A DNA stretch of 64,000 nt from Felis catus. Its lineage: Eukaryota. Location of the stretch: NCBI RefSeq assembly GCF_018350175.1, contig NC_058368.1, positions 12,028,001 through 12,092,000 of the forward strand. The letters are read 5' to 3'. Each line of letters begins with the position of its first letter. The first letter of the stretch is position 1. A model generated the notes under the pieces. The model was not told the DNA's origin. It did no database searches and saw only the letters and a list, made by a program, of their open reading frames with translations. This document shows positions 1-12,259 of the stretch, piece after piece. The translations under genes were made by a program, and so were the position numbers.

Positions 1-1052
1 TTCTTTTCCTCTTGTGATGAATAAATATCTTATGGGGAGATACATTAAGACCATGTAAATATACTGTTTCTCATCATACTTTTAGCCAGAAATTTTAGCA
101 TCTGTAGATAATTTTTGTTTTTATAGGAGGGTTTTCTTTTGGGCTGGCATCTACACAGGGTGAACCCACGTTCCTCAGCCAAAGGGTGAAGGAACTAGCT
201 GCTCCTCCTGGTGGGCTGGGCAAGTGGCCAGAGCAGGCAGCACAGACTCTCAGACTGCAGGACCTGACATGAGTAAGAGGCCACGGTCTGGGTGGCCAAA
301 ACACGAGGGGAAGTATGGCCAGTGAGGAGTTATAAGCTGCTTGAGGACCAAGTTTGTCCCCTTCATCATGGTTGTAACCCAGGCTTAACACAATGGCTGG
401 ACATGGTAATGCTTGTTATGGGCTGAATTGTATCCTCCCTTCAAATTCAAATGTTGAAGCCTTAATCTCAAGAACGGGGCCTGGCGTTTTGCACATCTGA
501 CAAGCTCCCAAGAGAAGCAGCAGGTCCAAGGACCACCCTGGGTAGCAAAACTTTGGAATGCCTTAGAGTCCTAGAGTGCTGAGGCTTGCTTTTGAATTGA
601 AAGATCTTTAGTAATTTCAGAGGAAGATGGGGAAACTTATTCGAGTTCAATTCAGCAACTACTTTGAGCACTTTGTAGATGCAAAGCCTGTGGAGTAGCC
701 CCAGGAGGGCCAGTGACAGCTCCTCAAGGAAGAAGGGAGACCATGCAAGACAGTCTGTCCTGACTGCCAGGCCCCCTATAGTCTGAGGAAAGCCAGTTTT
801 ATTCCACTGCAGGTATAAAAGATGAGGCTTGCCCATCAGTCATGTAGGGCCGCTAGGGAGACAACTTTTTCATCAAAGCTTAAGAAAAATAAGATTAGTT
901 TTTGAAAAGAGTGGGAGGCAGCTGAGAGTTATTTGTTGATGTCAGTGGCCTTGGAAATTCTAAATGAGATTCTCTTTCATTTTGCTGCCCTTGGGTCGGG
1001 CTCCTTCTGTGGAAGCATCGTCTTCTTCCTGCGACCTGCCTGTGAAGGCACC

Positions 1053-1366
1053 TGACTCAGGCTCTCTAGCGGTGGTCAAAGTCAAGCGTGCCTCCCCAGG
1101 CCCCAACCCCGTGTCATTTTAATATACTTTTCCCTCCACCCAACAATCAAGCCTCCTTCAGGAGCTGCGGTAAGGAACAATTTCTGTGCTCACAAAAATC
1201 AGTAACCTAGTTTTCACATGGCTCTTTGTCCAAAGCTCTAGGAAAACACTTTGCGATGGAAATTTGGCTGCGAGTCATTGCTGAGAATTACAAAATGGTG
1301 GGATTATTATTATTATTTATTAATCAACCTATAAATAGCCTCAAAAAAAAATCCAGGTGACTCAGC
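1053..1366. promoter_or_regulatory. Candidate enhancer motif cluster (AP-1, MEF2, AP-1/ARE)
   Basis: TGACTCA at 1053-1059, CTATAAATAG (MEF2 consensus) at 1329-1338, GTGACTCAGC at 1357-1366 in apparently non-repeat sequence; motifs only. Confidence 0.25.
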
Positions 1367-2554
1367 CTGAGAGGAATGAAACTGAGCTCCGTTTGCCTTC
1401 TTTAGTGAAACCTACCCCCAGACCAGGAGGCTGGAATGGTGTGGGCCAAACCTGGGAGAGGGTCTGTTGGACATCCTGTGGGGCAGAGGGCCTTGTGGGA
1501 GGTGGTGGGGAAGCTAGGATTTCTGTAGGGAATTATTTACAGAGGGTGTTGGGCCCATTGAGTTTTTCTTTGCTTCTTTTGATAGAAAGAACCCACACCC
1601 ATGACTTTTTACCTTTCTCCTGTTTTCCCCATGGCAGGATGTCATTTTCACAGGAGTAGAGCAAGTAGAAGGGTGGTTTCTCATCTCACTCATGCCAGAA
1701 GCCCCCACAGGGGTCCTAGCCCTGGAAATCCGAATGTTTGCCATCCTCCTCTGCCCCATGCTCTTTTAAAAAGCAGTTCCGAAACAGTCGGCTGGTCCTG
1801 GGCGTGTGCCAGGCTGCTCTCCCTTGGAAGCTGAGGGCCTCTAGGAGGGCCCCGCTGGCACCTCAGGGCATGGAGCCGAGAAGCGTTTACTGTTTCTGCT
1901 CTATCTTGTTCTCCAGCTTTATTGGGATACGACTGGCATGGAACGTTATGTAAGTTTAAGGCATATAGTATGTTGATTTGATAGGCTTATATATTATTGC
2001 AAAATGATTAATTACCACCCTAGCATTAGCTAACACCTCCATCACTTTACATAATTACCACTTCTTTTTTTGTGGTGAGAACATTTAAAATCTATTCTCT
2101 TAGCAACTTCAATTATATAATACAGTTTTATTAGCTATAAACCCCATGTTGTATTTTAGATCCCCGGAACTTGTTAATCTTATAACTGAAAGTCTGTACC
2201 CTTTGACCAACATCTCCCCATTTCCTCCATCCTCCAGCCCCAGTATAACCACCATTATACTCTGTTTCTCTCTGGGTTTGGCTTTTTTAGATTCCACATA
2301 TAGGTGATATCATATAGTATTTGTCTTTCTCTGTCTGACTTGCTTCACTTAGCACAATGCCTTTTGGTTCACCCAAGTTGTCACAAATGGCAGGGTTTCC
2401 TTCTTTCTCATGGCCGAATAATATTTCTCTCTGTATATATTTTGGAATATTAGTCAGCCATAAGAAGGAAGGCAACTCTGCCATTTGTGACAACTTGGAT
2501 GAACCTGAGGGCATTGTATATATTATATAGAGAGAGAGAATCTTAAAAAAAAAA

Positions 2555-2750
2555 TTTTTTTTAATGTTTATTCATCTTTGAGAGACAGAGAGCAAGTGGG
2601 GGAGGGGAAGAGAGAGAGGGAGGCACAGAATCCGAAGCAGGCTCCAAGCTGTCAGCACAGAGCCTGATGCGGCGCTTGAACTCATGAATTTTGAGATCAT
2701 TACCTAAGCCAATGTCAGATGCTTAACCGGCTGAGCCACCCAGGCACACC
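2555..2750 (-). mobile_element. Carnivore SINE (SINEC_Fc-like)
   Basis: Reverse complement of the CAN-SINE head, (CT)n tract and A tail; flanking gagaatctt/gagcatctt. Confidence 0.9.
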
Positions 2751-3220
2751 GAGCATCTTTTTTATCCACTCATCTGTTGAGGATTAATGGTTGTTTCCAT
2801 ATCTTGGCTGCTGTGAATAGTGCTGCAATGAACATAAATGTGCAGATACTTCTTGGAGATCCTGTTTTCATTTCCTTTGGGTATATACCCAAAGTGGGAT
2901 TGCTGGATCATATGCTAGTTCTGTTTTTAATTTTTTGAAGAACCTTCATATTATGTTTCCTAGTGGCTACACCAGATTGCATTTCCACCACAGTGCACGA
3001 GGGTTCCCTTTTCTCCACATGCCCCTCAGCACTTATCAATCTTGCCTTTTTTTTTTAACTCTTTCTTTTTGATGGTAGCCGTTCTAATAGGAGTGAGGTG
3101 ATATCTCATTGTGGCTTTGATTTGCATTTCCCTGTTGATTAGGAATGTAGAGCATCTTTTCATGTGTTTATTGGCCATCTGAGTGTCTCCTTTGGAAAAA
3201 TGTTCAGATCCTCTGCCCAC

Positions 3221-3436
3221 TTTTTTTTTTTTTTACGTTTATTTATTTTTGAGACAGAGAGAGACAGAGCATGAATGGGGGAGAGTCAGAGAGAGAGGAA
3301 GACACAGAATCTGAAACAGGCTCCAGGCTCTGAGCTATCAGCACAGAGCCCGACGCGGGGCTTGAACTCACAAACCGTGAGATCATGACCTGAGCTGAAG
3401 TCAGACGTTTAACCGACTGAGCCACCCAGGTGCCCC
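3221..3436 (-). mobile_element. SINEC_Fc-like SINE
   Basis: Typical body; TSD ctctgcccacttt on both sides. Confidence 0.95.
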
Positions 3437-3779
3437 CCTCTGCCCACTTTTTAATTGGATTATTTTTTGGTGTTAAGTTGTAGGAGTTCTTTATATATTT
3501 TGGATATTACTCCCTATCAGATATATCATTTACAAAATCTTCTCCCATTCAGTAGGTAGCCTGTTTGTTTTGCTGATAGTTTCTCTCACTGTGCAAAAGT
3601 TTTTTAGTTTGATGTAGCCCCAATTTAACTTGCAATGCACACATGCTTTTAACTCTAGTTTTTGAAAAAATTATAGACATTTTTTCTTTCTACAATACGC
3701 CAAACCATTCATGACAAAGTAAATTGATAATGGTGAAGGCAGACTAACTGTAAGTTATAATTATAAACCAAGAATGGTA

Positions 3780-4013
3780 GGGGTGCCCGGGTGGCGCAGT
3801 CAGTGGGGCATCTGACTGTTGATTTCGGCTCAGGTCATGATCCAGGGTCATGGGATCAGCCCTGCATTGGGCTCTGCACTGAGCATGGAGCCTGCTTAAG
3901 ATTCTCTCTTTCTCTACTCCCTCTCTCACTCTCTCTCTCTGTCTGTCTCCCTCTGCCCCTCTCCCCCACTCACATGCTTTCTCTCACTAAAAAAAAACAA
4001 TTAAATTAAAAAA
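3780..4013 (+). mobile_element. Older carnivore SINE
   Basis: GGGGTGCCCGGGTGGCGCAGTC head, (CT)n, A tail; TSD aagaatggtag/aggaatagtag. Confidence 0.9.
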
Positions 4014-4779
4014 GGAATAGTAGCAACTCTAACCAGCTGAAGACAACCCTCACCATACACTAATAGTAGAGAATTCTTTTAGAAAAATTTGGAAATTACA
4101 AATATTTACCCATGCACTTTTGTTGCCACACACTGTGTGGCTGCCAGACTTCTTAGGAGACTATTGAATGAATGGCCCCAGTAAATTCTGATCACATGTT
4201 AATTTTGGTTTATGAATTCCATTTTTCAGTTTCTATCCATAACTCATTTAATAGATGACTACTGAGTAGCCCTAATTACTACTGAGCCACCTAATTTTGT
4301 GGTTGAGTGATAGTCTGAGGGACAGCCTACGAAGTATGGAGGATAGGGTTTTCATGTTTGGAACCCATTAAGACTCACCAGGTGGTTTATAAGGGGATGT
4401 GCTGGAAAAAAAAAATATTGCTCTGGGGAAAGAAATGGGATGGAGTCGAGAGAGGTCATATCAGAGTATCCAGGAGGCACGTGTAGTTTGGAAACAAAGG
4501 TGTGTTTTATTTCATTGCTTTGCTTTGCTTTTAGTCATGATATTTAATTTCTTTTGAATTTAAAATAATATATTAAAGTAGGGTGTGAGATTGTGTATCC
4601 GAATGGGAAAAGTATTAGAAAGCTGTCAGATCACTGAGCATGTAAAATTGGTGTAAGTAGAGTAGCAAATTCTTCCCCAAATTTATTTATTGATAGAGTC
4701 TGGTTAAATGGCAATGGATGCCTTTACGCAAGTCTCTTGCCTCAGATCCATTGCCGGAGACGACCAAGCCCCCTACCTC

Positions 4780-5190
4780 TCCTTGCCCTCCAGTGACCCC
4801 TCGAGCCTCTATTCTGCCACTCGTCTTGTTGCCCTCTCCCCTCTGGCCACACTGGCATTCTGACTGCTCCTCAATCACCAAGACATGCTCCTGCCATAGG
4901 GCCTTTACACTGGCTGCTCTCTCGGCCTGTTCTTCCCTCAGGTACCGTCATTGCTCACGCCCTGACTTAAGCTCTAGTCCTTTTACCAAACTCATTTTCA
5001 CAAGGAGGCCTATCATGACCATTCTCTTTGCTCTGCAAACTTCCCTGTACTCCTTTCCTCTAACTCCTGAATGCCCTTATCCTGTTCTGTTCTTTTTGTT
5101 TTTTCTTTTTAATAGCACTTATTTCCTTCTGACACATTGTGTAACTTATGTAATTATTGGTTTGTGATATTTATTAAGTCATGAATCTAT
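4780..5190 (+). mobile_element. L2 LINE 3' fragment
   Basis: ggccacactggc...catgctcctgccatagggcctttacactggctg resembles the L2 3' consensus. Confidence 0.65.
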
Positions 5191-5445
5191 TGAGTGAGAT
5201 TTGGAAACCCAGGTCTCTAATATTTGGAAGGTCTATTTTGTCACTGTTTTGCAATCCGAGGAAGACAATTTTGAACAGTTGTAGACTTTTCTGATTGGGC
5301 ATGAGTAACATGCCCTCATTAGTTTTTGAACTGCTTACAAAACGTAACTTTTAAAGACTTCTCCATTAGCATTGTTTATGGTCAGTTCTAATCCAGTTGG
5401 CTTTTAAGCTTGCACACTTGCTTACTCTTATCACTTATCCTGGTC

Positions 5446-5808
5446 TGTAAAGGATGCTGTTTACCACCCACATGCCCCCTTCAGGGTCGAGACCCCCATT
5501 CCCCTAGCTTCTGGGAGTGTCACCTGCTGATGGCTCTCTGGGACTTGCTTTCAATGTAAAGGGAGCATCTCACCCAAAGTTATACCTCTCTCTGAACATC
5601 CCACATCCACTGACTGGTTGGGATGGGGTACGAAGGCCTAACCTCCTTGACTCAGTTCTGAAGGGCCAGAGCTGAGGCTTTCATCACAACTGCATCAAGT
5701 GTCTAATCTCATCTTTCCTTTCAGTTGTTCTTCCAACATTCTCCACTAAACTTCCTGCACGAAAATCCTCATCTCAGAGTCATTTCATAAGCAACTCAAC
5801 CCAAGACA
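5446..5808 (+). mobile_element. 5' LTR (LTR16-family, ERVL)
   Basis: Starts TGTAAAGGATGCTGT and ends ...ctcagagtc...acccaagaCA; homologous to LTR at ~8800-9182. Confidence 0.75.
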
Positions 5809-8799
5809 ATTAGAACTAGAAGTGAGACTTTAGAGCTGGATTACCTACAGGGTGGCTGGCAGTGAGGGGCCCATCACTGGTGTTAAAGCGCTTGGAGAGT
5901 TCCTGGCAGGTTGTCACGGGAGAATTGTTGAAACTTTCACTTGCAAATTGGGATAGGATACTGGAATGTTGATAGAAGGGAATGCACTGGTGGGAGCAGC
6001 ATCGTGGGCATTTGAGAGGTCCTGGGGAAGTAGTGACTATAAAGCCAATGAAATTGGGTAACTTTTATTAGGTGCTATCAATTAAAGAAAGACAATCAAA
6101 GGCTGAGGGAAGCTAATCACTGGTTTAATGTGTTGTGGCAAAGCTAGACAGCTTTCTTACAGCAGATAGAGATACTCTTATCTTCCAGTTGCAGGAGATA
6201 AGAAAAAGCTATATATCAGGCCCAGGCATTAATTATAAGGGTTTTGGAACTGTATAGAAAGTTGAATTTGGAATCCGGCAATTCTGGCACATCAGGGTCA
6301 AGGTCCAGGTTAGGAAAGAGTGAGACCCTCAAACTTGGAAGAGGACATCTGGGTTGATGCACTTCAGATTCTTCAACCCCTAGATATCTCTGAACCTACT
6401 GGTCCTACAGAAGTACTCCACTCCTCTCTGTTAAAGACTATCATCCCACCCCCCCCACCCCCCCAGCTTTTACTTAAAGAAAATGAAAAGGCCTCTGTCT
6501 TACGATACACCATGTACCTCCCTCGGGATCTATTCCTACCCCTCTACCAGGCCAAATACTCAGTTGCATCCTAATCTGGCTGCACAACTATTGGTTCTGT
6601 TTAGGGAGGAAAGGTACTGATGGAAGGAGCTGTAGGTCTTAGCTAACATGCACTGGCAGGAGCCAAGGGATTCTATCTGAGGGTAATGGATCAAGGGTGG
6701 CAGAGCAAAACTTGGGAATGAAGAATTTATTGATGGGCATGATAAAGTTGGAACAGTATGCAAGGGTAGAAAGCCTACCAGCCCACTGTAGTCCACAGGA
6801 ATGCATAGAGGACACCCAAAGAGGTAAGGAACACACTGGTGACAGCTGCCAGCCAGGCTGATGGGTGATTCTGTTAGAAACCTGGGATCTTTGATAGCAA
6901 TGGGGATTATAAAATCCTGAATAATAGACTCCAGGTGGCGCAATGTTCTTTATGAGCAAAAGAGTGAAATCTCTGCCTTGGGGTTATGGTGCGTAGAGAG
7001 CCATGAAATGAGTAATGGAACATGGTGTCCTGGAGCAAGATAGGTGGGCTTCCAACAAGAGTATTGTTCCGTTGAAGCAAGTAAAAGAAATCAAGTATAG
7101 GTTATCAGGAGGCTGAAGTCACCTGCCTTAATAAAAAGTCATAATTCTTTGCCCCATTTCCTCATCTGAACCAGTTTTCAGGATGATGACCCATTCACAA
7201 AGGAGAGGCAGATCCTCAGGAGGAAGAGTCCTGCAACACTACAGTAAATGTATATGGTAATGAGTTTCCCAGTCCTTCTCCAAAGGAACCTCTGGCCATT
7301 TACTTGGGTAATTATACACCGGGATAAGGGGAATAACTGGGCATTTCAAGGACTGTTGGATGTAGGATCCCAGTAATTGTAATCCAGTAATCTAGCAACT
7401 GAAGCATCATCATGGCCACCTTGTTAGAGCAGGGACATATGGAGGCCAAATAGTAAATGAAGTCCTGGCCAGGATTTATTTCACAGTAGTTCCACTAGGC
7501 CCAAGGACCTACCTTGTGGTCATTTTTCTGATTCTTGAATACATATTTGAACTGGACATACCTGGTAGTTGGAACAATTCCCACATCTGAGTTTAGGAGC
7601 ATGTGGAAACCTCTGAATCTGCATCCTTGCCTCAAAGGTAGTAAAACAAAAATCATATTGTATCCTGGGGAAAATGGTACAGATCAGTGCCATTCTTAAA
7701 GATTTATGGGATGCATGGGTTGTTGTGCCTTTCACATGCACATTTAGTTCGCTAGTTTGCCTCCTATAGAACCACATGGATCCTAGGAGTGGATTCGTAT
7801 CAATTCAGTGATGGAGAAGATCTAATTGCAGCTGCCCTGCTGGTATCATTACTAGAGTAGATTAATATGGCCTCTGGCTCATGGCATATGGCCATTTGCC
7901 TGGCAAATGTGTTGTTTTCTATTCCTATTAGGAAAGAGTGCTAGAAGCAGTCTGGGTTCATGTGGGACAAACAACAGTATACATTTAGTATTTCTCTAGC
8001 TTTTATGTTAACTCATGGCCTCTGCCTTATTATAGTCAAAGAGGCCCCAGACCATCTGGAAATTCTGTAAAACATTATTTTGTTCTACTAGACTGATGAC
8101 ATTATGTTAATTGAACTGATGACCAAGAAGTGGCAAGTATGTTGGAGCCCTTGTTAGGACACATGCCCTCCAGATGGTGAGAGATAAACCCAATCAGAGG
8201 GCCACCTTGCCAATGTAGCTTTAAAGGCTGTGTGGCCTGAGGCCTGTTGGGATCTCTTTCCAAAATAAAGAACACATTATCTCTGTTTGCTCCCTCTCCT
8301 AGTAAAAATGTAGCACAGTGTTGGATTGGCCTTTTGGGTTTTTGGAGACAGCACATTCCATACTTGGACATAATGCTTGGGCCCATTTGCTGAAGGACAT
8401 GGAAAGTTTTCAGCTTTGAGTGGGGTCCGGAGCAGAAAGGATTCTACAGCAGGTCCAAGCGGAGCTATAGGCTTGGCAGACCTTGCCCAATTTTGATAGT
8501 AAGTGAATGAAGGCAGCTGCCATTACCTGAGAAGGCTTGGTGATCAGGGATTCAGACAGGTTCTGGTTCACTCCATCAGGTAAGTCATGAGAAGAGCAGA
8601 CATACTAGCATCCAGTGAGGGAAATGTAGCATGATTGGTAGAAGAAGGAGAAGATGAATATCATTTGGAGCCCGAGATCAGCTGCAGCAGCCGGGGCAAT
8701 AGTTTGTGCTATTACATTCAGACTCCTAAAGGAGATATTCCTGGAAGGGGTAAACTGACTACACAAATCAAATGTACCCAAGCAGTGCAAGGATTGGAC
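5809..8799 (+). mobile_element. ERVL internal region (ERV3-16A3/ERVL-E-like): decayed gag, protease, RT; RNase H-IN apparently deleted
   Basis: Protease-like GLLDVGS at ~7350; RT-like GLLGFWRQHIPYL and SFEWGPEQ at ~8330-8440; many stops and frameshifts. Confidence 0.85.
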
Positions 8800-9182
8800 A
8801 AAAGTGGATGCTGTAGCGTGTGTCCCAGAACTTCCTTCAGGACTGAAGAAGGGGTCATCTTCATAGCTGCTAGGCATGATGGCTGATAGCTAAGCCCCTC
8901 CTTGGGAAAAGCGCGCATTTAATGACTGGTCCAAGTGCTGGGTCAAAGGCTAGGCCACCTGGCCTTAATTTGAGATATCTATGAAAGGCTATCCCAGCTT
9001 CAGAGCCCTCCACAGCATCAGATGGGGTCTCTTGCAACTGAATTACCGTCTAACTTCTTCCCCTACCCAAGTCTGCATCCTCATTCCCAATGGGTATTGT
9101 CTCCAAAATAACTCCCTGATATGCTTTTTATACACACGTATATTTCTCAGGTTCCATTTTCTATGTAATATAACTCACAACA
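8800..9182 (+). mobile_element. 3' LTR (LTR16-family) of the first ERVL
   Basis: gtggatgctgt...ccttcagg...ggctgat aligns with the 5446 LTR; follows purine-rich gcaaggattggac. Confidence 0.7.
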
Positions 9183-9189
9183 CTAGGAG

Positions 9190-12100
9190 ATCCAATCTGT
9201 CATTATATTAGGTGTTAGATTTGAGGCATTTGGATATCTGGTGATAAATGGAGTCCTGGTCCAAGTCCATGTCTAGCTGGTCTAGAGTTCACTGCCTAAC
9301 TGGTCATTTCTCTGGTTCCTGAGTCTTCTAAATGGTTATATTAGCAAACAGAGCCTTCAAATTTCTCTCTTATCTGTGGTTCTCTGACCCATAGGAAAGG
9401 CCAAGTGTAGAAGTCTGAGATTGCCACACCTTCCCAATATCCCCATCTGCAGCCCAGATAATGACTCAGAAGCAAAATCTCATCCTGCTGACTTGGCAGA
9501 AATTAGTGCCATCCTTAGAGATGTATAGGGATGGTTGTCCAGATCATCTCTTTGTTTAATTCATCTCTCTCTGACAATGGACTGCAGTAAATTTAATCAA
9601 GTGGTATCTCCAATCATAGTTGTTGTGTGTATGTTGTATCTTTACTTGAAAAAACCAGCGCAGCTTCTGGCACTTAGTATGTAGCTACTGGTATGGGAAA
9701 TGCATGTTTTTCAATTCATAGCAAGAGGAGATGCTGAAGCAGTTTGCATTTACTTGGAATAGATAACAATGTACATTCATGGTCATGCCGCAGACCTGTA
9801 TCTTACATTATTTATTATAATACGGTCCAAAGGTGCCTTGATTATCTAAACATTCTTCAGAGCATCAGATCTGTCCACTATTTTGCCAATATTATGTTGA
9901 TTTAGATCTGGAAGAGTAGATGGCAAATACTTTGGGTGTTCTGTTAGGACACATGTGCATCATAAGGTGGGAAATAAACCTCAAAAAATTCCAAGACCCT
10001 GGAATACTGGTAAAATTTGTGAGCTCCAGTTGTCTGGAAACATATATGATGCTTTATAGTGTTGCTATGGTAGACCAGAATGTTCTACAGTGTTTCTGGC
10101 AAGCTCTGATAGGAGAGTTGAAGAACAGAATCCTTGGCTTCTAAAGTGAGACCATGCCATCTGCAGCAGAGAGCTATTCACTGTTTGAAAAGTAGCTCTT
10201 GGTATGCTACTGGGCCTTGGTAGGGCCTGAACATTTAACATGGGAAAGGACAGCAAGTGATTGGAGATTTCCATCATGTCCTGGGTATTTTTGGACTTGC
10301 CAAATCAGGCTTGATTCAATTCATCATACCATGGGAATATTACATGTGGGATCTGAGTACATCTGGAAAACACAAATAAGTTTTCAGAATGAATGGTCCA
10401 GTTTCTTGTGCACCTATCTCTCTTGCGCCAATGCCTCCCCTATGAATTTAGTGATGCTTCCCTATGACCAGATGATCAACAGAGAAAAATCTTGGGTCTT
10501 GTTCATAAGTGGGTCAGCTCGATATGTGGTTACTTTTGATATGCTGCTGTATTACAGCTCCACTCACAGATGCCTCTGAAAGACAGTGGCAGGGGAATGA
10601 GGAAATCTTCCCAGCGAGCAGAGCTTAGAACATCACACCTGGCATTCAACTTTATAAGGGGGGGGGGGGGTGCAGTAGTTTGAGGTAAGTACATACTTGG
10701 ATCAATCAGCAGTGGTGAATGATTTAGCTTTTTGGTTAGGGCTTGGGATAAGAACGATTGGAAGCTCAGAGACAAAGAGGTCTAGAGAAGTGTGGATACT
10801 TCTAAGGGAGTGTGAGGACCTTTGTGTTCACCTCAATGACCAATTCAAGAAGCATCCTCCATACAGGAAGCCCAGAACAACTGAGTGCACAGGATGATTC
10901 ATCCAGTGGAAATAAACCAGCATCTCTCCTTGGTCACTTCCATTCTTGCATTATGGTGCTGTGAACATAGTATTCATGGGGGTGAAAACTGAGTTTGTGC
11001 ATAGGTCCAAGAGCATGGACATCATCACAAGGTTGATCCCCCTACTGTCACTGCTGAATGACAGAGCTGTCAACAGCTGAGGCTGATATGGAATCACCTA
11101 TAAGGAGACCAACCAGCCAACAACTGCAGGTTCATTGCATTAGAACTCTTCCATCCTGGAAGGAATACTGAGTCATCCCTACTGGAATTATTACATATTC
11201 CAGGTATGTGTTTTCCTTTCTTGCCTTTAGTGCTACTGCCAGAACCACTGGTTCTCAGTCTTTCTGATTTATTCTATCACTTCGGACCAGTGAAGGAAAG
11301 TGAAAATGGGCACATGGCCTTGAGACCCACTGGTTCTATTGTGCTTCACACCATTCAGTAGTGACTGGCCTAACAGAACACTGGGGGGGTCTCTTAAATG
11401 TGCAGATCCGTTGCTAGCTTGGAGTTGGCACCAGAGAGGTTGATACCCTGTCCTTCAAGATAGAATAAAAACATTAAGCTAATGACTGTGATATTTTTCT
11501 CATACTTAGATGAGATGGGTCTAAGAACCCAGTGGTTAAGTAGGAGTGGCCCTTTTCACCATTACTTTCAGCAACCCACTTGGGGGAATTTGTGCTTCCA
11601 GCCCCTGTAACCATAGGCTCAGATGGATTAGAGGTCCTGGTCCAAGGGGGGGAGGGGGATGTTCTTCCAGTGGATGCAATAAAGGGTCTACTAAATCTAA
11701 GGTTATGGCTGCTACTTGTTCACTTTGGGTTCCTCATGTAAATAGACCAGTAGGCAAAGAAAGAAATTGCCATATTGACAGGGGTAGTGACCCTGGTTAT
11801 CTTGAAGACAGTTGCTGCTCCATAACAGGAGCAGGAAAGGTATGTCTGGAAATCCCTGGGTTGTTTTTTGGTATTTTCTTTGCCAAATAATAATTATAAA
11901 TAGGCAATTGAAGCAGCCATAGCCTGATAAAAGCATGATGGCCAAGGACTTAGATATACTAGAAAGAAAGAGCTGGGTTACCTTGTTAGGTAAACAACGT
12001 AACTGGGCACACTGGCTGGGTGAGCAACTTAGACCAGTGAGCTGCCTGAAGATGAGGAGAATCTAGAATGGATTCTAGACATGGAGATGATTAAATATCA

Positions 12101-12258
12101 GTTGCAGCCTTGGAACCAACTGTAGCAGAAGGAGCTATCGCTTCCTGTTGTAAGCTGTTTCTTTAGGAAGTTGTGACCAGTCACCACCTTGAAGAAACAT
12201 TGACCAGACAGCGTGAACTTAAGAAGCAGTATGACTGGATCTCAGTGGTGCAAGGCCA
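9190..12258 (+). mobile_element. Second ERVL internal region (partial protease, RT, RNase H, integrase, 3' region), decayed
   Basis: VINGVLVQV, LGHMCIIRWEINLKKFQDPG, CYWALV, and integrase-like ECQ/GDQPA segments at ~11050-11120. Confidence 0.85.
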
Positions 12259-12259
12259 A

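Larger units (their letters stand above)
1910..3625 (-). mobile_element. LINE-1 3' end (ORF2 C-terminus and 3' UTR), interrupted by two SINEs
   Basis: Minus ORF 3026-3220 ([40 protein letters not shown]) is typical L1 ORF2 C-terminus; 3' UTR-like sequence continues to ~1910. Confidence 0.9.
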
